Translations under genes and position numbers: made by a program | The notes under the pieces: generated by a model | Databases searched by the model: none | The model's input: only the letters and a program-made list of their open reading frames with translations | Told to the model about the DNA's origin: nothing | Part shown: in pieces, positions 25,157 through 32,000 of the stretch | Layout of the letters: every line of letters begins with the position of its first letter | How positions within the stretch are numbered: position 1 is the stretch's first letter | Origin: Pseudomonas aeruginosa | GTDB taxonomy: Bacteria; Pseudomonadota; Gammaproteobacteria; Pseudomonadales; Pseudomonadaceae | Direction of reading: 5' to 3' | NCBI RefSeq assembly: GCF_001457615.1 | Contig: NZ_LN831024.1 | Span: 4,530,001 to 4,562,000, forward strand | DNA length: 32,000 nt

Positions 25157-26509
25157 TCAGATCAGCGGCGCTACGGAAGGCGCCTGGCGCAGGCCCCAGG
25201 CGCGCTGGATGAGGATTTCCGCCTCGGCGTCGGTGGCCGCGCCGGAGAACGCCAGCAGGCGGCGGAACTTATCGGCCAGTTCGTCGCGGCTGAGGGTATT
25301 GCCGGGATCGCCCTTGGGTTCGTCGATGGCGGCGGTATGGCGCCGCCCCTGGCGATCGAGCACTTCGACCCGCCCGAGCCAGCGCTGCGGATAGGCGGCG
25401 TCGACCTCCGGGTCCAGGCGCATCTCGACCCGCTCGCGGAACGCTGCGACCCGCGGGTCGCTCAGCGCATGCCGATGGAACTCGCCGAGGCCGGCCTTGC
25501 CGTACACGGCGATCAGGCCCAGCACGGTGCCCATGGAGAACTTCGCCTGGTGCACGGTCTGCGGCTCGACCACCCGGCCGAGCACGTCGATGGCGCCCTG
25601 GTGGACCCGCGCGGTGACCGCGGCGATCTGCGAGTGATCGAGCCCTTCGCGCTGCATCAGCGCCAGCAGCGCGTCGGCCGCGGGATGGGTATGGCGGCAC
25701 GAGGCGTGGAACTTGAACGAGGTTTCCAGCAACGCCCAGCGGCTGCCGAGGCGATCCACCAGGCGCTCGGGGTCGGCGTCGCTGGACATCCCGGCGGCCA
25801 TCCCCTGCTCGCCTTCGAGGATGTGTCGCGCGCCGCTCAGGCCGTCGGCGGTGAGATAGGCGGCGAGCAGCCCGTCGGCGGCGGCCTTGGCGGTATGCAA
25901 CTGCTTGGAATCGGCGGCGTCGCGGAGGAACTCCCAGAGCCCGGCGGCCTGGGTTCCGGCGCTGCCGAGCAGGTCGACGAAGCGCTCGCGGTCGAAGTCC
26001 ATCAGCTTGCCCACCGCCACTGCCGCGGCGAGGGTGCCGACCGTGGCAGTGGTATGGAACACCCGGTAGTGGGAACGGCCGAGGAATTCGCCGATGCGGA
26101 TGCCGGCCTCGTAGCCGGCCACCGCCGCGAGGATCAGCTCGGCGCCGCTGCGGCCGAGGTCCTGGGCCGCGGCCAGGGCAGCAGGGAAGACCACCGCCGC
26201 GGGGTGCAGCACCGAGCTGTTGTGCAGGTCGTCCTGCTCCACCACGTGGGAAGCCGCGCCGTTCACCAGGGCGGCGAAATACGGCGAGCTGCGCCGCCGG
26301 CTGGGCAGGATCTGCGCGCTACCGTCGGCCGGGCCCATGCGTTCGGCGTAGCGCTCGAACAATGGGATCGGATGCTGGCCCTTGCCGGCCAGCGCCGAGC
26401 CGAGCCAGTCGAGGAACAATTCTTCCATCCGCGCCAACACCGCCGGCGGCAGGTCCTGGTAGCGCAGGCCGGCGAGAAAGCCGGCGAGTTGCTGGGTGTA
26501 GTCGGTCAT
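25157..26509 (-). CDS. MmgE/PrpD-family protein (2-methylcitrate-dehydratase-like fold), about 450 aa
   Basis: ORF 25157..26542(-). ATG 26509 (MTDYTQQLAGFLAGLRYQDLPP...) matches typical family N-termini. A GTG at 26542 is an alternative start. Confidence 0.85.
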   Translation of the reverse strand: MTDYTQQLAGFLAGLRYQDLPPAVLARMEELFLDWLGSALAGKGQHPIPLFERYAERMGPADGSAQILPSRRRSSPYFAALVNGAASHVVEQDDLHNSSVLHPAAVVFPAALAAAQDLGRSGAELILAAVAGYEAGIRIGEFLGRSHYRVFHTTATVGTLAAAVAVGKLMDFDRERFVDLLGSAGTQAAGLWEFLRDAADSKQLHTAKAAADGLLAAYLTADGLSGARHILEGEQGMAAGMSSDADPERLVDRLGSRWALLETSFKFHASCRHTHPAADALLALMQREGLDHSQIAAVTARVHQGAIDVLGRVVEPQTVHQAKFSMGTVLGLIAVYGKAGLGEFHRHALSDPRVAAFRERVEMRLDPEVDAAYPQRWLGRVEVLDRQGRRHTAAIDEPKGDPGNTLSRDELADKFRRLLAFSGAATDAEAEILIQRAWGLRQAPSVAPLI

Positions 26510-26547
26510 GACCAACGCTCTCTTGTAGTTGTCCCGAGGCACGCGGC

Positions 26548-26928
26548 CTACAGCGGGTTGCTCAGTTCGATCAGGTTCAGGTCGGGGTCGCGCAGGTACA
26601 GCGAGAGGATCGGCCCGCCGGCGCCGGTGCGCTGCACCGGGCCCTCGAGGATTTCCACGGCCTGCTGGCGCAGTTGCTCGGCCACCGCCTCGAGTGGCGT
26701 GGCGACGATGAAACAGAGGTCGGCGGACCCTGGCGTAGGTCGCTCGGCCTTGGGTTCGAATTCGCCCCCGGCCTGGTGCAGGTTGATCTTCTGCGCACCG
26801 AAGGCGAGGGCCTTGCGACCCGCGCCGAAGGTAACGGCGCGCATGCCCAGCACGCGTGTGTAGAAATCGATGCTGGCGTCGATGTCGCGGACGGTGAGCA
26901 CCAGGTGGTCGAGACGGTCGATCTGCAT
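26548..26928 (-). CDS. VOC/glyoxalase-bleomycin-resistance-dioxygenase superfamily protein, 126 aa
   Basis: C-terminal part of ORF 26548..27351(-). ATG 26928 (MQIDRLDHLVLTV...) is preceded by GGGAG at 6-nt spacing. The longer ORF overlaps the acyl-CoA dehydrogenase gene in another frame. Confidence 0.85.
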   Translation of the reverse strand: MQIDRLDHLVLTVRDIDASIDFYTRVLGMRAVTFGAGRKALAFGAQKINLHQAGGEFEPKAERPTPGSADLCFIVATPLEAVAEQLRQQAVEILEGPVQRTGAGGPILSLYLRDPDLNLIELSNPL

Positions 26929-26942
26929 GGGCGGCTCCCGCT

Positions 26943-28103
26943 TCAGAACGAGCGCGGCAGTTCGAGCAGGTGCTCGGCCACGTAGGACAGGATCAGGTTG
27001 GTGGAGATCGGCGCCACCTGGTACAGGCGGGTCTCGCGGAACTTGCGCTCGACGTCGTACTCGCAGGCGAAGCCGAAGCCGCCGTGGGTCTGCAGGCAGG
27101 CGTTGGCCGCCTCCCAGGAAGCTTTCGCCGCCAGGTACTTGGCCATGTTCGCGCTGGCCCCGGCGTTGAGCCCGGCGTCGTACTCCTGGCAGGCGCGCCA
27201 GCGCATCAGGTCGGCGGCCTCCACTTCGATGTGCGCCTCGGCGATGGGGAACTGCACGCCCTGGTTCTGCCCTATCGGCCGGCCGAAGACCACGCGGTCG
27301 CGGGCATAGTGGCTGGCCTTGTCGATGAACCAGCGGCCGTCGCCGATGCATTCGGCGGCGATCAGGGTGCGCTCGGCATTGAGGCCGTCGAGGATGTAGC
27401 GGAAGCCCTTGCCTTCCTCGCCGATCAGGCTATCGGCGGGGATCTCCAGGTTGTCGAAGAACAGCTCGTTGGTCTCGTGGTTGACCATGTTGGCGATCGG
27501 CTGCACGGTCAGGCCCTTGCCGATGGCCTCGCGCAGGTCGACGAGGAAGATCGACATGCCTTCGGACTTGCGCTTCACCTCGGCCAGCGGCGTGGTGCGC
27601 GCCAGCAGGATCATCAGGTCGGAGTGCTGGATCCGCGAGATCCACACCTTCTGCCCGTTGATCACATAGCGGTCGCCCTTGCGCACGGCGGTGGTCTTGA
27701 TCTTGGTGGTATCGGTGCCGGTGGTCGGCTCGGTCACCCCCATCGACTGCAGGCGCAGCTCGCCGCTGGCCAGCTTCGGCAGGTAGAAGCGCTTCTGCGC
27801 CTCGCTGCCGTTACGCAGCAACGTGAACATGTTGTACATCTGCCCGTGCACGGTGCCGGAGTTGCCGCCGCAGCGGTTGACTTCCTCCAGGATCACCGAG
27901 GCCTCGGCCAGGCCCAGACCGGAACCGCCGTACTCCTCCGGGATCATCGCCGAGAGCCAGCCGGCGTCGGTCAGGGCCTTGACGAAGGCCTCGGGAAAAC
28001 CGCGCTGCTCATCGATGCGGCGCCAGTAGGCGGCGTCGAATTCGGCGCAGAGGGCACGTACGCCCTCGCGGATCGCGTTCAGCTCTTCGCTGTTCGGATT
28101 CAT
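26943..28103 (-). CDS. Acyl-CoA dehydrogenase family flavoprotein, 386 aa
   Basis: Full ORF with ACAD N-terminal, middle and C-terminal domain sequence character throughout. Confidence 0.9.
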   Translation of the reverse strand: MNPNSEELNAIREGVRALCAEFDAAYWRRIDEQRGFPEAFVKALTDAGWLSAMIPEEYGGSGLGLAEASVILEEVNRCGGNSGTVHGQMYNMFTLLRNGSEAQKRFYLPKLASGELRLQSMGVTEPTTGTDTTKIKTTAVRKGDRYVINGQKVWISRIQHSDLMILLARTTPLAEVKRKSEGMSIFLVDLREAIGKGLTVQPIANMVNHETNELFFDNLEIPADSLIGEEGKGFRYILDGLNAERTLIAAECIGDGRWFIDKASHYARDRVVFGRPIGQNQGVQFPIAEAHIEVEAADLMRWRACQEYDAGLNAGASANMAKYLAAKASWEAANACLQTHGGFGFACEYDVERKFRETRLYQVAPISTNLILSYVAEHLLELPRSF

Positions 28104-28148
28104 CGGTGACTCCTCGATTCTTGTCGTTGGATGGGCGCTGGGGCCCTT

Positions 28149-28976
28149 TCAGTCGAATTCCACGTCGCCGCGCTGGGCCAGGCCGGCGCCATTGCCGACC
28201 CATACCTCGGCCTTGCCGGCAGCGAGCAGGCGGCCGCCGACCTCGAACGGCTCGGGACAGATCAGCGGGCGCAGGCCGCGATAGGCGAAGCGACGCAGGC
28301 GCGCCTGCGGATTGGCCCGGCAGAACGCGCGCAGGGCCAGGGTGGCGATCAGCGGACCGTGCACCACCAGGCCCGGATAGCCTTCGGCATCGGTGACATA
28401 GGGCCAGTCGTAGTGAATGCGGTGGCCGTTGAAAGTCACCGCCGAGTAGCGGAACAGCAACACCGGATCGGGCTCCAGCGCCTCGCGCCAGTCGCCCTCG
28501 GGCAAGGCCTCGGTACCGCCGAGCTTGGGCGGGGTCGGTTCGCGGTAGACGATGTCGTGCTCTTCGCTCAGCGCCAGTTGGCCGTCCTGGCGGTAGTCGT
28601 GGCGCAGGGTGACGAACAGCAGCGCGCCGCTGCGACCGTGCTTCTCCTCGACCCGGAGGATGGTCGAGGTGCGGCTGGCCTCGCCGCCGACCCGCAGCGG
28701 CTGGTGGAACTCCAGGCGCCCGCCGGCCCACATGCGGTTGCGATCGTCCGCCGGCGGCAGGAAACCGCCGCGCGCCGGGTGGCCGTCGACGCCGAGGCCG
28801 GCGGCCTCCACCGGGTCCTGGAAGAACGCCCAGTGCCAGAGCGGCGGCAGCGCTTCGCCGTGGGCCGGGGTCGGCTCGCCGAAGGTGGCGGCGATGCGCT
28901 TGACCAGGTTGCGGCTCAATTGATCGTGGGTTTCTTCCTGGCGACCGATCCAGGGGGCGAAAGCGGACTCACTCAT
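28149..28976 (-). CDS. ich: Itaconyl-CoA hydratase (MaoC/hot-dog dehydratase-like), 275 aa
   Basis: Full ORF. First gene of the cluster, divergent from a LysR regulator. The function call rests on the known P. aeruginosa itaconate pathway. Confidence 0.85.
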   Translation of the reverse strand: MSESAFAPWIGRQEETHDQLSRNLVKRIAATFGEPTPAHGEALPPLWHWAFFQDPVEAAGLGVDGHPARGGFLPPADDRNRMWAGGRLEFHQPLRVGGEASRTSTILRVEEKHGRSGALLFVTLRHDYRQDGQLALSEEHDIVYREPTPPKLGGTEALPEGDWREALEPDPVLLFRYSAVTFNGHRIHYDWPYVTDAEGYPGLVVHGPLIATLALRAFCRANPQARLRRFAYRGLRPLICPEPFEVGGRLLAAGKAEVWVGNGAGLAQRGDVEFD

Positions 28977-29059
28977 GCGTGGCTTCCCATGACCTAGGGG
29001 GTGATGGGAGGAGAATGATAGGATGCTAGCGTTTTGAGAATTTGCAATTACGCAATGGC

Positions 29060-29080
29060 GCGTTCGGATTTGCCGAACGC
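29060..29080. promoter_or_regulatory. Perfect dyad GCGTTCG-gatttgc-CGAACGC containing a T-N11-A core: candidate LysR operator between ich and its regulator
   Basis: Read from the sequence. 84-104 nt upstream of the ich ATG and 13-33 nt upstream of the LysR ATG. Preceded by the GCAAT-tac-GCAAT repeat at 29044..29056. Confidence 0.5.
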
Positions 29081-29092
29081 CATGGAGTGCCC

Positions 29093-29989
29093 ATGCATTT
29101 CGATCTCGCCGACCTGCGCCTGTTCATCCATATCGCCGAGTCGCCCAGCCTGACCCAGGGCGCGCGCCGCGCCTTCCTTTCCCCGGCCGCCGCCAGCGCG
29201 CGGGTCAAGGCGCTCGAAGGCCAGCTTGGCAGCCGCCTGCTGTATCGCGACAGCCGCGGCGTCGAACTGACCCCGGCGGGCCAGCGCCTGCTACAGCACG
29301 CGCGGCTGATCATGCGCCAGGTGGAATACCTGAAGAGCGAGTTCACCGAGTACGGCAGCGACGCCGCCGGGCATATCCGCATCTTCGCCAATACCACCGC
29401 GGTCACCGAATTCCTTCCGGAAATCCTCGCCGGCTTCCTCGCCGCTCGTCCCGGGGTCACCGTCGACCTGCAGGAACGCCTCAGCCGCGACATTGTCCGC
29501 GGCGTGCTGGACGGCTCCACCGACCTCGGCATCATCGCCGGGCCGGTGGCGGCCACCGGCCTGCAGGTCCTGCATTTCAGCACCGACCGCCTGGTGATGG
29601 CGGTGCCCCAGGGCCATCCGCTGGCCGGACAGGCCAGGGTACGCCTGCGCGACACCCTGCAGTTCCAGCATATCGGCCTGCCCGAGGGCACCACCCTGCA
29701 CGCCTTCCTGTACGAACGGGTGGAGCAGATGGGCGAGCAGCTATCGCTGCGCATCCAGGTCTCCAGCTTCGAGGCGATCTGCCGGATGATCGAGGGCGGC
29801 GTCGGCATCGGCGTGATCCCGCAGTCCGCCGCGCGCCGCCACAGCCGGACGATGAAGCTGGCGACCATCGAACTCGACGAGCCCTGGGCGATCCGCGAGC
29901 GCAGCCTGCTGGTACGCGACCTGGAAGCACTGCCGAGTTGCCTGCGGGCGTTGATCGAGGAGTTGCAGAGGGTGGGAGACAGCCTGTAG
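29093..29989 (+). CDS. itcR: LysR-type transcriptional regulator divergent from ich (probable itaconate-responsive regulator), 298 aa
   Basis: ORF 29042..29989(+). ATG 29093 (MHFDLADLRLFIHIAESPSLTQGARRAFLSPAAASARVKALE...) gives a canonical LysR N-terminal HTH and has GGAG 5 nt upstream. The symbol is recalled from biosensor literature and is not verified here. Confidence 0.88.
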   Translation: MHFDLADLRLFIHIAESPSLTQGARRAFLSPAAASARVKALEGQLGSRLLYRDSRGVELTPAGQRLLQHARLIMRQVEYLKSEFTEYGSDAAGHIRIFANTTAVTEFLPEILAGFLAARPGVTVDLQERLSRDIVRGVLDGSTDLGIIAGPVAATGLQVLHFSTDRLVMAVPQGHPLAGQARVRLRDTLQFQHIGLPEGTTLHAFLYERVEQMGEQLSLRIQVSSFEAICRMIEGGVGIGVIPQSAARRHSRTMKLATIELDEPWAIRERSLLVRDLEALPSCLRALIEELQRVGDSL

Positions 29990-30066
29990 GGCGGATAACG
30001 CCCCTGGCGTTATCCGCGGGGCTCCGGAGAATCGGCGGACAACCGCCAGGCGGTTATCCGCCCTAC
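29986..30066. repeat. Pair of REP-like palindromic elements in inverted orientation (GTAGGGCGGATAAC core) in a convergent intergenic region
   Basis: Hairpin 1 at 29991..30017 has a perfect 12-bp stem (GCGGATAACGCC-ccc?t-GGCGTTATCCGC, 3-nt loop). Hairpin 2 at 30034..30062 has a 12-bp stem with one mismatch. The outer GTAGGGCGGATAAC and its reverse complement bracket the pair. The first element overlaps the LysR TAG stop. Confidence 0.7.
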
Positions 30067-30122
30067 GACTCCCGACAAGCCGGGGTGCGATCGTCGCGAA
30101 GGGCGCCGCCCACCACTCCCGC

Positions 30123-31067
30123 TCAGTTCGCCAACCCACCGCTCTCCGCCAGGCTGCGCTCGTCCGCGGCGAGCATCGCCGGCATGTGCTCGCGGAGGAA
30201 CTCGACCCAGGTGCGGATCTTCGCATCCAGGTACTGCCGCGAGGGGTAGAGGGCGTAGACGTTGAGATGGAACAGGCTATAGCGCGGCAACACCCGCACC
30301 AGGCTGCCGTCCTTCAGGCCGTTGACCGCCGCGTACACCGGCAGCGCGCCGATACCCATGCCGGAGACCACCGCCTCGGTCATGGCGTCGGCGGTGTTGA
30401 CCTGGAAATGCGTCTGGTTGATGCAGGCCAGTTCCTGGCCGTCGGGCCCGTCGAACAGCCAGCGGTCCAGCGACATCACCGAGTTCACCAGGCGCAGGCA
30501 ACGGTGCGCGGACAGCTCCGCCGGCAGCTTGGGGAAGCCATGCGCGGCAATGTAGCCCGGCGAGGCGCATAGGATGCTGTAGGTCTGGCCGATGCACTTG
30601 GAGACGAAACCGGAGTCCGGCAGCTCGGGGGCGATCACCACGGAAATGTCGTAGCCCTCGTCGAGAATGTCGGTGATCCGGTTGGCCAGGGTCAGGTCGA
30701 AGCCAACCTCCGGGTAGGTCTCGCAATATTGCGAGATGGCCTTGATCAGGTAGTGCTGGCCGATGCCGGTCATCGCGTGGACCTTCAGCGTGCCCGACGG
30801 CCGCGCATGGGCGTCGCCCGCCTCGGCCTCGGCCTCCTCGATGTAGGCGAGTATCTGCTGGGCGCGCATCAGGTAGCGCTGCCCGGCTTCGGTCAGCGCG
30901 ATGCGCCGGGTGGTGCGATGCAGCAGGCGGGTCTGCAGGTGGGCCTCCAGCTTGGCCACCGCACGGGAGACATAGGCGGTCGTCAGGTCCAGGCGCTGGG
31001 CGGCGGCAGTGAAACTGCCGGTCTCCGCGACGCTGACGAACGCGCGCATATTGAACAGGATATCCAT
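30123..31067 (-). CDS. LysR-type transcriptional regulator, 314 aa
   Basis: ORF 30123..31070(-). The first codon is GTG, directly followed by ATG 31067. AGAGGG lies 5 nt upstream of the ATG. N-terminal HTH FVSVAETGSFTAAAQRLDLTTAYVSRAVAKLE. Confidence 0.9.
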   Translation of the reverse strand: MDILFNMRAFVSVAETGSFTAAAQRLDLTTAYVSRAVAKLEAHLQTRLLHRTTRRIALTEAGQRYLMRAQQILAYIEEAEAEAGDAHARPSGTLKVHAMTGIGQHYLIKAISQYCETYPEVGFDLTLANRITDILDEGYDISVVIAPELPDSGFVSKCIGQTYSILCASPGYIAAHGFPKLPAELSAHRCLRLVNSVMSLDRWLFDGPDGQELACINQTHFQVNTADAMTEAVVSGMGIGALPVYAAVNGLKDGSLVRVLPRYSLFHLNVYALYPSRQYLDAKIRTWVEFLREHMPAMLAADERSLAESGGLAN

Positions 31068-31286
31068 CACGGCCCTCTAGGCTCTGACGCTTATGGCGCG
31101 TCTCTTTTCCACGCAACCCGGAGGACACCCCAAGGCGGCGCAGATTCTGTCACGAGTCAACCCACCTATTATTGCCTTTTGTGACAAAAATTTTTCACCT
31201 ATCCGAGCTCTTATCCGCAAGCGCGGGCGCTCCTAGAATTCCCAGCCGTTTCGGCCTCCCCTCGCCGTCGTTCAGGATTCGCAGCA

Positions 31287-32000
31287 GTGCCCCGCGCCAC
31301 CCGGAAAGGTCTCCCCCTGGTTCCACCGGCTCCCCTCGCGTTCTTTCCCAGCCCCGACGAATTGCGCCGCGCCCTGCTCGAATGGGCGCGTAGCGACGGC
31401 GTCGCCTGGGTCTTCGTGTTCAAGGCCCTGCTCACCGCCAGCCTCGCCCTGTGGCTGGCCTATCGCCTGGAGCTGCCGCAGCCGAGCACGGTGCTGGTGA
31501 CGGTCTTCATCGTCATGCAGACGCAGAGCGGGCAGGTCCTAGCCAAGAGCTTCTACCGCATCGTCGGAACCCTGATCGGCCTCAGCGTGATGGTCACTCT
31601 GATCGCCCTGTTCGCCCAGGAGCGCGTGCTGTTCCTCGCCTGCCTGGCGCTCTGGGTCGGCCTGTGCACCGCCGGCGCCGCGCGCTACCGCGATTTCCGC
31701 GGCTACGCCTGCGTACTCGCCGGCTACACCGCGACCATGATCGGGATTCCAGCCACCGCGCACCCGGAAGGCGCCTTCATGGCGGCGCTGTGGCGGGTCC
31801 TGGAAATATCCCTGGGCATCCTCTGCACCGGTACCGTCAGCGCCATCTTCCTGCCGCAGACCAGCGGCGCCGCCCTGCGCAACACACTCTACGGGCGCTT
31901 CCGCGACTTCGCCGGTTTCGCCGCCGAAGGCCTGCAGGGCAGCCTCGACGGCGAGCGCTTCGGCGAGCTCAGCGCGCGCTTCGTCGCCCAGTCCGTGGGC
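31287..32000 (+). CDS. FUSC / aromatic-acid-exporter (AaeB-like) family inner-membrane efflux protein, 5' part only (runs off the window)
   Basis: Hand translation of the frame containing 31401: ...VAWVFVFKALLTASLALWLAYRLELPQPSTVLVTVFIVMQTQSGQVLAKSFYRIVGTLIG... The frame is open from 31185 to the window end. It is absent from the ORF track because it has no stop. Start GTG 31287 (AGGA 9 nt upstream) is tentative. Confidence 0.75.
   Translation, partial: MPRATRKGLPLVPPAPLAFFPSPDELRRALLEWARSDGVAWVFVFKALLTASLALWLAYRLELPQPSTVLVTVFIVMQTQSGQVLAKSFYRIVGTLIGLSVMVTLIALFAQERVLFLACLALWVGLCTAGAARYRDFRGYACVLAGYTATMIGIPATAHPEGAFMAALWRVLEISLGILCTGTVSAIFLPQTSGAALRNTLYGRFRDFAGFAAEGLQGSLDGERFGELSARFVAQSVG

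Noticed and set aside
26548-27351. 267-aa version of the VOC/glyoxalase ORF. Similar 5'-extended ORF-track starts affect alaS, ltaE, aotO, aotJ, acsA, ccl, the PrpD-family gene and the ich-linked LysR gene.
   Set aside because: The extensions overlap upstream genes or regulatory sites, add non-conserved basic or proline-rich residues, and in several cases begin at TTG or GTG. Internal ATG or GTG codons with good SD spacing give canonical family N-termini.
31172-31393. 73-aa plus-strand ORF at the start of the FUSC gene region.
   Set aside because: It is in a different frame from the membrane-protein frame that stays open to the window end. Its sequence is P/S/R-rich with no features. The FUSC frame is the better explanation.

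Overview
High-GC window with 26 of 29 genes on the minus strand. From memory, gene content and order match the Pseudomonas aeruginosa PAO1 core region PA0903 down to PA0875; I could not run a search to confirm this. Left to right: alaS and a low-specificity threonine aldolase. Then the arginine succinyltransferase (AST) catabolic operon, transcribed as aruC-aruF-aruG-astD-astB-small ORF-astE. Then a small divergent ORF, and the arginine/ornithine ABC uptake operon aotJ-aotQ-aotM-aotO-aotP-argR. Then acsA, a DctPQM-type TRAP transporter, and a six-gene itaconate catabolic cluster (ich, acyl-CoA dehydrogenase, VOC/glyoxalase, MmgE/PrpD, ict, ccl) with a divergent LysR regulator. The window ends with a second LysR regulator divergent from a truncated FUSC-family efflux gene. 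I found no tRNA/rRNA genes, CRISPR arrays, transposases, integrases or recognisable defence genes, so this looks like core metabolic DNA rather than an island. I do not think a wholly new system is supportable here. The observations most worth follow-up are: (1) a perfect 21-bp dyad, GCGTTCG-N7-CGAACGC, present both in the ich/LysR divergent region and just upstream of the TRAP dctP gene, which suggests one regulon. (2) Three accessory enzymes embedded between the known itaconate genes. (3) A small acidic protein with a His/Cys tail inside the AST operon. (4) An AstE-family paralogue inside the transporter operon. (5) Strong stem-loops after the first gene of several operons. Several start codons were moved downstream of the ORF-track starts, based on conserved N-termini and Shine-Dalgarno placement.
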